Source: Lama guanicoe
Lineage: Eukaryota
Assembly: GCA_013239625.1 (NCBI GenBank)
Contig: MU054323.1
Location: 1,550,001 to 1,614,000, forward strand
Length of the DNA stretch: 64,000 bases
Direction: 5' to 3'
The first letter of the stretch is position 1. Each line of letters opens with the position of its first letter. Shown one piece after another: positions 13,479-24,625 of the stretch. Under the pieces are notes generated by a model. It was not told the origin of the DNA. It did not search any database and saw only the letters and a list, made by a program, of their open reading frames with translations. Made by a program: the position numbers and the translations under genes.

Positions 13479-14064
13479 CTAGTTATGAAAACATAAAATG
13501 TCCAGACTGTTTCTAGGGCAATAATACATTTTTTTTAAATGAGCAATTATTTATATATAAATATTAATTCACTTTCCCAGCGTCATCAAGGAAAGTACCA
13601 CTGAATATACACACATCTGAATGAACCGGGATGACACACTAGTCATGACACAAGTACAGAAGAGAAAGAAGCACACAGGTGCAGTGACAGTGTTTCTCTT
13701 CTTCCCACAGCCGAACACCTTCTCTCCCTCCTCATCTATCTCTTCAGTAACTCTTTATACCCACCCCCTCCTCCTTTATGCCCTTTTCTACCTTTGGCTA
13801 ACCTTCTCTTTCCACATGTGATAGAAGCTCTAGGGGTGAAAGGAGGTCTGCAGGTGAGATCAAAATAGTGTATCCTAGCTGTTTCAAACAGACCCAAATT
13901 CTGCTGATCATGGTTCTGATGTAGAATGGCCTGTGGTAAAATAACTATGTGTACTATATGTAAGTATATACATACATGCAGCCGAACCACCCTCTTATAA
14001 GAAAGCAGCTTCAAAAGATGAGATGTGTTCTTTCAATGGTACCAGCACAATCACTTAACTCTTT

Positions 14065-14100
14065 CTACACTTGATCTTAGCCAAAAGGCCGAGAAGCGAT
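14065..14100 (-). pseudogene. 3'-truncated U2 snRNA retrocopy (U2 nt 1-36)
   Basis: Minus strand reads ATCGCTTCTCGGCCTTTTGGCTAAGATCAAGTGTAG; flanked by direct repeat CACTTAACTCTTT(CT) at 14052 and 14101. Confidence 0.95.
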
Positions 14101-14164
14101 CACTTAACTCTTTCTAACTGGATATTTACCAATATTTGTATGAAATGAGAAATTCATAACAAAC

Positions 14165-14301
14165 CTGTTTCACTTTTCAATTTGTAAGATCGACTTCCAT
14201 CCATGCTGATGTGCTGTTGCACAATTATAGAGTCACCATACACATTTGCTCTGTAGGCATCATCTCCTCTGTTCCTTAACGTTATAGAGATATCTGCTGA
14301 G
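14165..14301 (-). CDS. SMC6: SMC6 coding exon 4
   Basis: [45 protein letters not shown]; 137 nt; phase consistent. Confidence 0.96.
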
Positions 14302-15199
14302 CTAAAGCAGTAAGGTTAAGCTAAGTCACATGAAGGTACAGGACAATTACAACATCAGGCTACTACAATTTTCAAAACTTCCAAGTAACCTGGCTAATTC
14401 ATTTAAAAAGTAGCTTTATACCAGCAGTTGATGGCTGACAGGCTACTACAGAATAATGTAAAGACATCATGCCTCTCCAACAAGTAAAGTTGAGAATAAG
14501 AGAAACTTTATAAAAAACAATTGACTATTCTATCCATAACAGAAATACTACATTTGCACAAAATCCATTTAAGTTTTGGTTGTTTTAAATCATGTAGAGA
14601 AGTTACACATTTTCCTATTAGCAATGTGTCATCAGTATTATACTAACTACTTTTAATTATACAATTAAGCATCATCCTGATGCTTTAAGAATGATGAAGT
14701 AAGAATTAACAAGAAGTAATAACATTTTCTAAGAAGATTAGAATTAAGGGAAACAACTTAAATTTTTCAATTACTTGGCAATAAAAAAGCCAAAGTATTT
14801 AATATCAAGAAACGTAAACTAAATCTTAAAATTTTATAGCCATGTATATTTTAACATATTATGAGGGGGAAAAAAATCAATCTTTATAATTCTACTCCAA
14901 CTTCTGTTAAAATTAGACTCAGTAGAAAATTTTTTAAAAAGTTAATGGAGGGCATTAATAAATACAAACTTATAATTTCCTTAAACATAAATGCAGACAA
15001 TATTTTCTCTATTAACATGACTACCTGCAAAAATGCTAAAGCTCTCTAATGCACTGGTACTTAAATGATATATTTAACAAACTTGTTTCATGAATTTGTA
15101 ATCATACTTCAAAATTGTTCCCATTTGCAGGAAACGTAAGGAAAAATACTCAAGATGAACTTCACCATAAACTGATATCCCAGTAGACACCCTGAAGGA

Positions 15200-16290
15200 T
15201 GCTCAGCTCTTGCTCCGTCCTCTCTTCTATGCCAGCAAGTGCCCTCACAGAAGGAGGGCTTAGCAGCCAGATCAGCAGCCGCCATCCCTCCCTCAAGGGA
15301 TTGAGCTAAATACAGAAAGCGGACACTAACTGAGCCTGATTCCCTTCTTTAAAAACTCAAATTCAGAGAAACTAGTAAAATCCAAATAAGGTCTGTAGTT
15401 TAGCTAATATTGTACCAATGTTAAGCACACAGCTTTGGATAAAAGCAACTTAGTTACTGAAGATGTCAACATTAAGGGAAACTATACTACCTTTGCAATA
15501 CTTTTGTAAGTCTAACATTATTTCAAAATCACAAGCTTCTAAAACAAAGTCAAATTAAGACACAGTCAAGTGGAAAGATGGTGATTCTTTGGAGCTATGA
15601 AGTTCTGAGGCCTCTGGGACTAGAGAAACCAGTTTGGGGCATGATACTCTGACGAGCAGGCACCAAGCCTGCAGACACTGCAGAGAAGCAGGAGCGTAAA
15701 ACAGATAAGCTCTTGGGAGACCACCTGGACAGACTGACAGACACACCATCACAGGTACTGGCCGTGAGTCAGCGACATGGAGAACACAAGAGCACTTCCT
15801 TACACATGCAGCCCCACAGACTAAGACACTAAGACATAAATGCCTTATTAAACACAAAGACACAGAGTAACAAAGACTTAAAGAATAAAAAAGAGCACAT
15901 GTACTGGAGACAATGAGGGGGAAACACATCATACACCTGCACGCCTGTCACAGGGGAGGGAGGAGAGACGGCACAGAAGTGCAGCCTACCCAGGGAGGCT
16001 GCAGCACAGACCGGACCTAAGGAAGGGAGAGGGAGAAGAGGCCCAGACACAAAGACACAAAGAAAGCCAGAGACACAAAAAAGAAAGACCCAGAGACCAA
16101 AGATCCTGGGTTTTGAGTTCTCTCTCAGTTCTGGTCAGCTGAGATCCAATTATGCTTCCTCCCTGCAGATTCCAAGATATATATCCCTGAATCTTTATGA
16201 GAAATCTCCTCTTCTGAAGCTACCCGGAGTGGCTGGGTGGGAGGAGGTGTGTGGGTGTGTTTAATCAGAAATATCTAATTAAGACAGATA
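15200..16290 (+). mobile_element. old ERVL/MaLR-type LTR relic with an L1 fragment (~15370-15555) and a GACA/GAGA-rich low-complexity interior
   Basis: AACTGAGCC..GATTC start motif; AAATCTCCTCTTCTGAAGCTACCCGGAGTGG end motif; family uncertain. Confidence 0.4.
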
Positions 16291-16699
16291 TGCTCCTGAG
16301 AAGTTGTAATTAATGAGATTTTTCCCTGGGTTGATTCTAATGAACAGTCAAAGCTGAAAACTATTAACTAAAGTATATGATAAGGGAAGGGTAGCTGGCC
16401 TATAATGTGGAGCAAAAAATATTTTATTTCACTAACTACTATGATTACCTAATATTAAGGGAATGTACCTAATGAAAACATTTTAAAAATAAAGTGATCT
16501 CTCCCTTGATTAGTCAACACCTACTTTGTTATTTTCCTTCCTAGCTACTCCTTGCACTTGAAAGCTATCTTTAGTATTGTGAGAACTTTGGAGGTACTGG
16601 TATCCTATTGCCATATGAGTTTAATAAATATAAGAAAAGTAAGTTATTTAAAAAAATTTAAGGCTTACAAAAAAAAAAACACAAAAACCTCACAATAAA

Positions 16700-17580
16700 T
16701 GCTCAAAAACCTGTAGAAGGAGCCAGGGATGACTGAGCTGGGACTACCTGCTGTCTCCCCACTACAGTAATGTCGCTGGTACTGAATTTGGGTCAAGAGC
16801 CATAGAGCTCAATGTTGGTAAATACAGGAGACCCCTGAGTGAGAAGAGAGACTACCACTGAGAGTTCCTGCAGAATGACAACACAAGCAGCACCACAGTG
16901 AGGATGTGGCTTCTCTCTCAACTCTGGAAGAAAATATCTGCACAGAGGTGACTGGTAGCATCACACACTGATGGGCATGAGAACAAAGAGCAAGGGAAAA
17001 GCCAGGTAAAAATATGACTCATCTGTTCCTTCTCTGGGTAGCCAGCTCATCTGCAATAAGCTCTGTAACCTCGACTAAATAAATAAGGAATGTACAGCAG
17101 GGGAATGGGTTTTCATCCCTCCATAATCCACTCCCAGTGCCACAGCCGATGTCAAAAACAGGCCAGTGCAAAGGTCCCAATGTCACCAGGACTAGAACTA
17201 GGAAGGCCAAGAGAGGGAACAGTGAACTGAATCTGTCGAAGAACCTCAATAGTTAGGGGCATGAGACATTGGTCCTGAGAGAGGAGGAGACATATTCAGA
17301 GAACCCCCTCTCACTGTCCCTGTACCACTGCAAAGCCCTCGGGGCTATCAGAGGGCGGAGCCCCAGGTAAAGAGCCTCAAGGCACAGCTCTCTGGCTTCT
17401 AATCATACTAGGCAGGCATCTCTATGGAGAGTTGAAACCCTCAACAAAGGTAGCCCAGAGCTTGACTGTCTCAGATGGAGAGTGTAATGTTTCAGGCGGG
17501 GGAAGGGAGAGAGTCCTTAGGACCACCTCAAAGCGGTGTCAGACTGACAGACATTTCCCAGGAAAAACGGGACAGTCCAT
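16700..17580 (+). pseudogene. second, more decayed gag-like segment (copy A) with possible zinc-knuckle relic
   Basis: Shares TTTGGGTCAAGAGCCA and flanking similarity with 19063-19078; CFR(R)GK...HLKA at 17488-17541. Confidence 0.35.
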
Positions 17581-18020
17581 TTTTTTAGATGCAAAATAGA
17601 ACTGAAAAAAGCTCAATGAGCTGATTCTGTAAAAAAGTGTAAAAAAGACAGAATCAGAGACTATAAAATAAGCAAAATTTTATAGATACCAAATGTTTTA
17701 AGAGAGGAAAGGGAGGACTAAAGGAACAGTAATGGGTTTGGAAAAGCTGTTTTTAGCTACTTTTTCACACAAGGTCAGTAAAAAGGAGACTGAGCTCAGG
17801 TTAAATCTCCTAACTGTTATTAACTGCTTAAAATATTTTAATATTTCTATCTACAGGCAGCTGTGTCCTTCAAAGTTGGTGATTTGTGCCAGCTAGCCTT
17901 TCTCTTCCTTTCTTAATGGTATTCCAAGGATACAGCTCAGAAAGAAGTTTCTGCTCTGGTCCAGGTACTTCCCAAATAGAAAACAAATTAAAAATCTTTA
18001 ATTGAGACATACACTATTTA

Positions 18021-19334
18021 ATGATACAGAAAAAAAACAATTACTTCTTGAAGCTTGTATTTGAAAGTTCAATGCATTATCTAGCTAGGTAAACTAAGTA
18101 ACTGTTTGGACAACTAAGAAATGTATAGTTAATAATGAATTGAAACAGGGTTGGGACCATTAACTTAAAAGTGTTTAAAAAAATAACTAATTTTTGACTT
18201 CAGACATCATTTGGTTTGGAGATTGTGGAAGAGATGACCTCGCTGGGCTAGGGCCCAAATAAGGTAAGAACAGATAGCAAATATGCTGGAGAATTGTTAC
18301 CAAATACTTCTTTTCCAAGGCCAGAGCATGGGAAATGATTTTCTGTGTATCTTTTCTTCGCCTCTCCTGAGCCAACTTGGAACCCTGGCTTAGGGTTAAG
18401 ATTCCGAAGGTTTCTGAGATGTAGAAGAAACCTACAAACGTGACTCATATCTATCCTGTCCCTGTTCTACTTTTTAGAAAAAAATGGAAAATAGGGGAAG
18501 TTAGATGGATACAGCACTGAACAGAAGGAAAGCCTGTTACATGGAAAAAAAGAAAACACTGTTAATTATCCAAGTTCCAGAAGTTCTGGGCACTGGGCGT
18601 GTGAGAGAGGAGTGAGCAGGGGAGGAGCTGCACTCTGGGAACTGGCAGAGCAGAGTCTGGGACACCCAGTTATCAGAAGAAACAAAGTTATCTGACGCAG
18701 AACTGAAAAAACTACGGGGATCAGCGTGAACAAGGCCACAAGTCTATGATGATGCAAACCAGGCAATCAACATATAGTTAGGTGAAGGCAAAGCTGTAAC
18801 AAGGAAATACACACATAAAGTCACATGTCATATGATCATTCACCACGGGTCAAGGTGGACCACAAAGAGGCTTATGCTTGTGGTCCTCAGACTCACTGGT
18901 GAATCGCCTGAGTGAACGATACACAATCAGAGACAGCGTCGAATACTTTTTTGGAACTCTTAGGGAGCTGGAGGCAAAAATTCTGTTTAGGGTTACCACC
19001 TTGGGTGGTAACCAACTCTGCTTTAGCCTGCATCGTATCAATGTGGACTTGCTGAAGCTGGGTTTGGGTCAAGAGCCAGGAAAGTCCAATGTTTATAAAT
19101 ATTCCTTTAAACAGAAGTACATAAATACTTATTATGGCTTGTTCTTCCAGAAAGGTGACAGAAACAGGAATGTCAATGGGCAGGCACATGGCAGTAACTG
19201 ACAAGCATTCCATAAGGAGAGATGCATGGGCGACAGCGGGCTGTGCTGACAACCGGGGAAAAGACAGGACTCCTCTGCTCCAGTTCTGGGAAGTCAATTC
19301 ATTTCCCATAATGTCTACACGAACTGGGATCTAA
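18021..19334 (+). pseudogene. decayed PNMA-like / Gypsy gag-like reading frame (copy B), antisense in an SMC6 intron
   Basis: Collinear translated blocks resembling PNMA N-terminal and capsid regions, interrupted by stops and frameshifts; by-eye similarity only. Confidence 0.5.
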
Positions 19335-19388
19335 GGAAGCTGCTTCTTACGAAAGGACTGAGAATACATGTAGAAAGCAAACACTTAC

Positions 19389-19494
19389 TTCTGTCCATCT
19401 TTCACAAAACCTTTTAAAGAAGATCCTCGATTAGTAGCAATGGCTTTTCCACCAAGACCAACTATGAGAGCTGTGAGTACTGCACTCTTCCCAC
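19389..19494 (-). CDS. SMC6: SMC6 coding exon 3 (rest of Walker A)
   Basis: (S)[34 protein letters not shown]; 106 nt; AG / GTAAGT. Confidence 0.97.
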
Positions 19495-21567
19495 CTACAG
19501 AAACAGGTGTTAAAGAATTCACATTCATTAAAGAGAGGGGGAAAAAAGGCTAACTCCTACAATTTGATGTAAAACAATTTCTGAATGAAAATGTAAACCA
19601 GTCTAACCCTGAAATAAAGTGTTATACTATAATTACACTTCAATTATAATTTTCTTCCAGTGCCAAAGCAGCAAACTTAAAAACAAACAAAAAGCTGAAA
19701 TATTTAGCTGCTATTAGAAAAAAATCAGTACATTTCAGCAAGCAAATTTTTGCCACTAATAAGGAAATGCAAAACATGGTTGATGCCCTTCCAACCTAAA
19801 GCTCTCATTGTACCATCCTGGCCCTTCAGCCCATTGCATGAGCTTATCTTCCTAATTACCCAGATATAGTTAACTCATCTAATTTTTTTATTACATTCTA
19901 ATTCAATTAAAATTTACTTTCTCCATAAATTCTCAGAAGTCAGAAACTATTTTGAACCCTTGAATGCAAGCTCCATAGGGTCAGGACTGTTGTCTGTTTC
20001 ATGCTTTATCTCCAATATCAGCCCATAATAGGCACCTGCATATCTGCTGAATGAATGAACTTAAATATGAAAAAATAATCAGTAACATAGACAGGTGTTT
20101 TATGTACTATTTTGACAATTATTCCTAATGTGAACATCATTCATTTGCTAGCTCTTTGAAAAGTATACTTTTTTCCCCACCCTAACAGACATAAAACATC
20201 ACAAATAAAATTCCAAAATCTGTAACAATTACCCAGAATATGGTAACAATTTTCTCAACAGTATGATCAACCAATTCAATCAACTCTTATCAGCCCATCA
20301 TCTTCCACAATATACCCCAAATTAACCGAAGTAGACACTGGTTAACCCAACTTAGTTCCTGGAATGCCTTTCAAGCCCTATCCTAACTCTCTCCTTTTTC
20401 TTCATTTTTAAATTCACTGCCTCCACTACTTGCATTATATTAATAAATCACTGTTTCAAAAGTTAAAAAAGAAAAAAGATCTAACTGCAGAACCCACCAG
20501 TATGTCTTTACTTCTTGTCTCCTTTGACCCCATAGCAGTGGTCCCTTTGTCCGTTCTCTCCTGAAAACACTCCTCTTGACTCAACAGAGTAGGGAAAAGA
20601 AAGAACAACAACTAAGCTGACCGTGGAGCTCCACACACCAGTTCCACGTTGTGGAACTGTCACCAGCCGTGGGCTCCGGCAGGCCACTTCTCCTTTTGTA
20701 CTGGCTCAGTCAAGCATCAACACCTCACACCTGGCGGGTCTATCACAAAGCTGCCTAACTGGTCCAACTCCTATGTCTTCCCTCTTCTAACCCACTCTCT
20801 ACAATGTGGTCAGTTTGTTTCACAAATCTTGACCATGTCATCTCTATACGCTGAAATTTTAACTGGTTCCCCACTGACTTCTGAACGAAACCTCAAAATA
20901 TTTATCACGGCATTCAAAATCCTCAACAATACCACCTACAATATGATTCTCCCGTGTCAGCCTCTGCCCATCCCTACCATGTATGATACGATAAAACCAT
21001 CTAAGCTTGTTCCCCTCTCTCCATACACATCTGCTTCTGCGTCTCCCAACCTTTGCTGATGCACAATCTTAACCTGGAACATCTCAGCTTCTTCTTCCCC
21101 AATAAGATCTAAAGAATCTTTAATTTCATTCAAGTACCACCACAAATACCCACTCCTCTTAAAGTTTTCATTGGCCACAATAATTGAGAATTAGTTTCCT
21201 TCACGTCTGATCCCCATGGCACTTTATTCATGCTCTGTTACAACACTTAACAGAAATAAGACACACTATTGTTTCACTTGCAACGAGGATCGCTTGCCCT
21301 CTCTTCTATGGTATGAATTCTAAGGTACATAGATTCAAAAGAATAAGCAAGAAATGTTTACGTCTATAGCATAATAAACCTAGAGTTACCTCATTATTTT
21401 CTTAAAGCATAGACTGGCAGCAAATACTGAAATAATTCATGATCACAAGTCAGAGGTCTAAAACTTAGATTTATCAGCACTAATGGCCGCCTATTTTTAA
21501 ACATTAATGCATTATCGTCCCAATGTACTCCTCAAAGTCAAGTAAGGAAGAGGGCAAAAGCACTTAC

Positions 21568-21685
21568 TTCCATTATTGCCAACAACAAAGTTGACATTAG
21601 AACCAAATTTAAAGGGTCCAAGCATTGAATGACACATGAAGTTTCTTAGCTGAATACTCTCAATTATTCCAACTTCTGCTGCAGT
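21568..21685 (-). CDS. SMC6: SMC6 coding exon 2
   Basis: [39 protein letters not shown]; 118 nt; AG / GTAAGT. Confidence 0.97.
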
Positions 21686-21949
21686 CTATTAATAAAAAAC
21701 AATGAGAAAAAACAATTAATCTAATTCATGCACTAAAATCACCCAATCACTGGCTGGCAGGAGAAAAATGAGCAGTGCTATCAATGAAAAAAGTTACAGA
21801 AAATATAACTTTAAATGTTAATTTCAATCAGAGAGTAAATGAAATTAACTGGAGACTTTATATGAGTAATCACTCAATCTAAAGTCCTTCAAGGATCGAA
21901 TACATGCATCACAAGGTTTCCTAATAAGGACAATACTAACATTTTGAGT

Positions 21950-22140
21950 CAAATCATTTTTTGTTAGAGAGGCTCTCTTGTGCATTGCAGGATGTTTAAC
22001 AGCATCCCTAGCCTCTACCTACCAGATGACAGCAGCACACCCACCCTTCCCCTGCCCTAGTTGTGACAACCAAAAATATATCCAAACATTGCTAAATGTA
22101 TCTCCTGGGGGAAGGGGATATAATTTCCACATTGCAAATG
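21950..22140. mobile_element. MER20 hAT MITE
   Basis: GTGCATTGCAGGATGTTTAACAGCATCCCTAGCCTCTACC...GTTGTGACAACCAAAAATATATCCAAACATTGC. Confidence 0.8.
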
Positions 22141-22419
22141 CATAGTGATTAGAGAAGTTTTATAAATGTTTTAACCAAGAGTTTGGCACACAGTGGTCAC
22201 ACTTTGTAGTTAGAAATACGAAAATAAACCAACCATATTTTACCAAAGTTTCCAAATTTTTCTGAAGAACACTTAATGTCTCCAGCTTTCTTAATAGTTT
22301 ATTTAAAAAAGTCCCTGGCTCCCTTTCACTAGACACCAACTTACTAAAAAGAACAAAACATTTATATTCTTGTATGAAAAGAATACTGTAAATCAGGGTT
22401 GAAAACTTTTTAAAAGCAC

Positions 22420-23960
22420 CTTTTGATTTAATTGAAGACTCAGATGCAGTTGTAAGAAATAGTACAGAGAGATCCTGCGAATCCTTTACCCAGTTTCTCC
22501 CCATGGTAACATCTTGAAAACTAGAGCACAATATCACAACCAGAATACTCATATCGATTCAGTGAAGACAGAGAAGATTTCCATCACCAAAAGTATCCCT
22601 CAGGTTGTCCCCTTTATAGCCACATCCACATCCCACCCAATCCACCCCCTGCTTAACCCCGGCTCACTAATCTGTTCTCCATTCCTAAAACACTGTCATT
22701 TCAAGAATGTTACATAAATGGAATCATAAGGAATGTAACCTTCTGAGACTGGCTTTTTTTTCCCCACTCAGGATAACTGTCCACGTTGCCTGTGTCAGTA
22801 GTTCACGGCTTTGTATCGCTAAGTAGTGCTTCCGGGTATAGATGTACCACAGCATGCTTAACCACTGACTCACTGAATGACATCTGGCTTGTTTCAGTTC
22901 TTGACTATTACAAATAAAGCTGCTATGAACATTCAGGCATAGATTTTTGTGTGAAGATAAATCTTTTCTTTGGGACAGACGCTGGGTTATATGATAGGGA
23001 GTTACATGCCAAATTTCTTAAAAGAAACTGCCAAACTATTTCCCAGAGTGGCTGTAACACTTTACAATCCCACCACCAATATATGAATGATCCAGTTTTT
23101 CTGCATCCTTGCCAGCACTTGGTGTTGTTACTGTTTCTTGTTTTTGTTTTTTATTTTAGTCATTCTGATGGATGTGTAGTGACACCGTATTACGGTCTTA
23201 ATTTGCATTTCTCTGATGACAAATGATATTGAATATTATGTCATGTGCTATTTGCCATCTGTATATCCTCCACTTCACTGATATGTCTCTTTATTGTCTT
23301 CTGCCCATTTTCAAATTGGATTATTTGCTTTTGACTGAATTCAAAAGTTGCATTTTGAGAGTTCTTTATATAAACAAGATACTAGTACTTTGTTGGCTAT
23401 GTGATATGCAAATATTTTCTCCTAGTCTATAGCTTGATTTTCTATCCTCATAACAGGGTCTTTTGCAGAACAAAGTTTTTGATTTTAATTTTGATGAGGT
23501 CCAATTTATCAATTTTTCATGTTATGGTTTGTATGTTTGGTGTCAAGTCTAAGAATTCTTTGCAGAAACCTAACCTGACCAGTCAAACTAATGGGGACCA
23601 AAGATATCTTTTGGCAGGAGGGTGATTTAAATGATGAATTAAATTTCCTTAATAGTTACAGAGTGATTCAAATGATCTATTTCATATTCAATGAACTGTG
23701 TAGTTTGTGCCTTTCAGGAATTGGTCCACTCCATCTAAGTTGTCAAATCTGTGTGTGTAGAGTTGATAACAGTATTCCCCTATTACCTCTCTGATGTTTG
23801 CCGGGTCTGTGGTCATACCCACTGTTTCATTCCTGATACTGGTAATGTGTGTCTTCCCTCTTTTTTCCTCTCTGCCAATCTTTCTAGAGGTCTGTCAATT
23901 TTGTTGATATTTTCCCAAAGAATCAGCTATTTGTTTCACTGTTTTCTCCAATAATTTTTC
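22420..23960 (-). mobile_element. old L1 (L1M-type) fragment(s)
   Basis: Antisense L1 3' text: AAAGCTGCTATGAACATT, TGCCAAACTATTTCCCAGAGTGGCTG, TTGCATTTCTCTGATG. Confidence 0.85.
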
Positions 23961-24144
23961 CAACAATTAACATAAACTTCAAAATTAGTCAAGTTATTTT
24001 ACCTCAGCTTTTAAAAAATCACATTACTTTTCCTCTGCAGCCAGAGACCTGGTTTCTAATACTGAATTATTAAGAATATGACATATAAATTAGATACAAG
24101 AAACATGCCAATGAAAAGACATAATTTTGTAGCTTTGTACTCAC

Positions 24145-24282
24145 CAAAGTAGAGGTACCATTAGTGAAAGAAACTGTACATTCATCTTCATCACCGTCTT
24201 TATCGAAATCATCCAACTCTTCTTGTCTTGGTCTTTTGGCATTTTCAGGAGAGAAGAAATTTTCTTCCTTTCTTTTGGCCAT
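24145..24282 (-). CDS. SMC6: SMC6 first coding exon (ATG at 24282; exon begins 24287)
   Basis: [46 protein letters not shown]; acceptor TAG|ACCTGATG, donor GTGAGT; 138 coding nt. Confidence 0.96.
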
Positions 24283-24449
24283 CAGGTCTAGATCAATATT
24301 AGAGTGACACTGAAGTAAATCGAGTACAGCATCAGTCTAATTGCTCCACATACATTAAACTTAATAACATAAATCAGACGGAGCTTTAGTTTTAGTATTA
24401 CGTCCATTCATTTTTACTTTAAAAAAAAGTAAAAATATAATCTGTATGG

Positions 24450-24625
24450 AGGAAGGGGGCCATGAGACAAAGAACGCAGGTGGTCACCAAAGGCTGGAAA
24501 GTCATGGACATCGATACTCGCACTTTCAGAAAGGAACACAGCCCTACTGCTACCTTGATTTTAGCCTAGACAGACATGCCAGATTTCTACCCTACAGAAG
24601 TATAAGATTATAAATTTGTGCTGTT
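24450..24625 (+). mobile_element. MLT1-type MaLR LTR fragment
   Basis: GAAGGGGCCATGAG...TTCAGAAAGGAACACAGCCCT...CCTTGATTTTAGCC...ATAAATTTGTGCTGTT. Confidence 0.7.

Larger units (their letters stand above)
92..24287 (-). other. SMC6: SMC6 gene, span of coding exons in this window (N-terminal ATPase head, coiled coil and start of hinge); gene continues left of the window
   Basis: 14 exons join in phase into MAKRKEENF...GNNGSGKS (Walker A)...[12 protein letters not shown], recognisable as vertebrate SMC6. Confidence 0.98.

Noticed and set aside
14065..14100. Functional U2 snRNA gene
   Set aside because: Only the first 36 nt are present, with no Sm site or 3' stem-loops, and it is flanked by a TSD
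18960..19160. SEA-domain (mucin-like) interpretation of the plus-strand ORF
   Set aside because: Only a loose hydrophobic pattern match; upstream blocks fit the PNMA/gag order better
18893..19309. 138-aa minus-strand ORF as a new SMC6 exon or gene
   Set aside because: SMC6 joins in frame without it; it reads as the antisense shadow of the plus-strand gag-like frame
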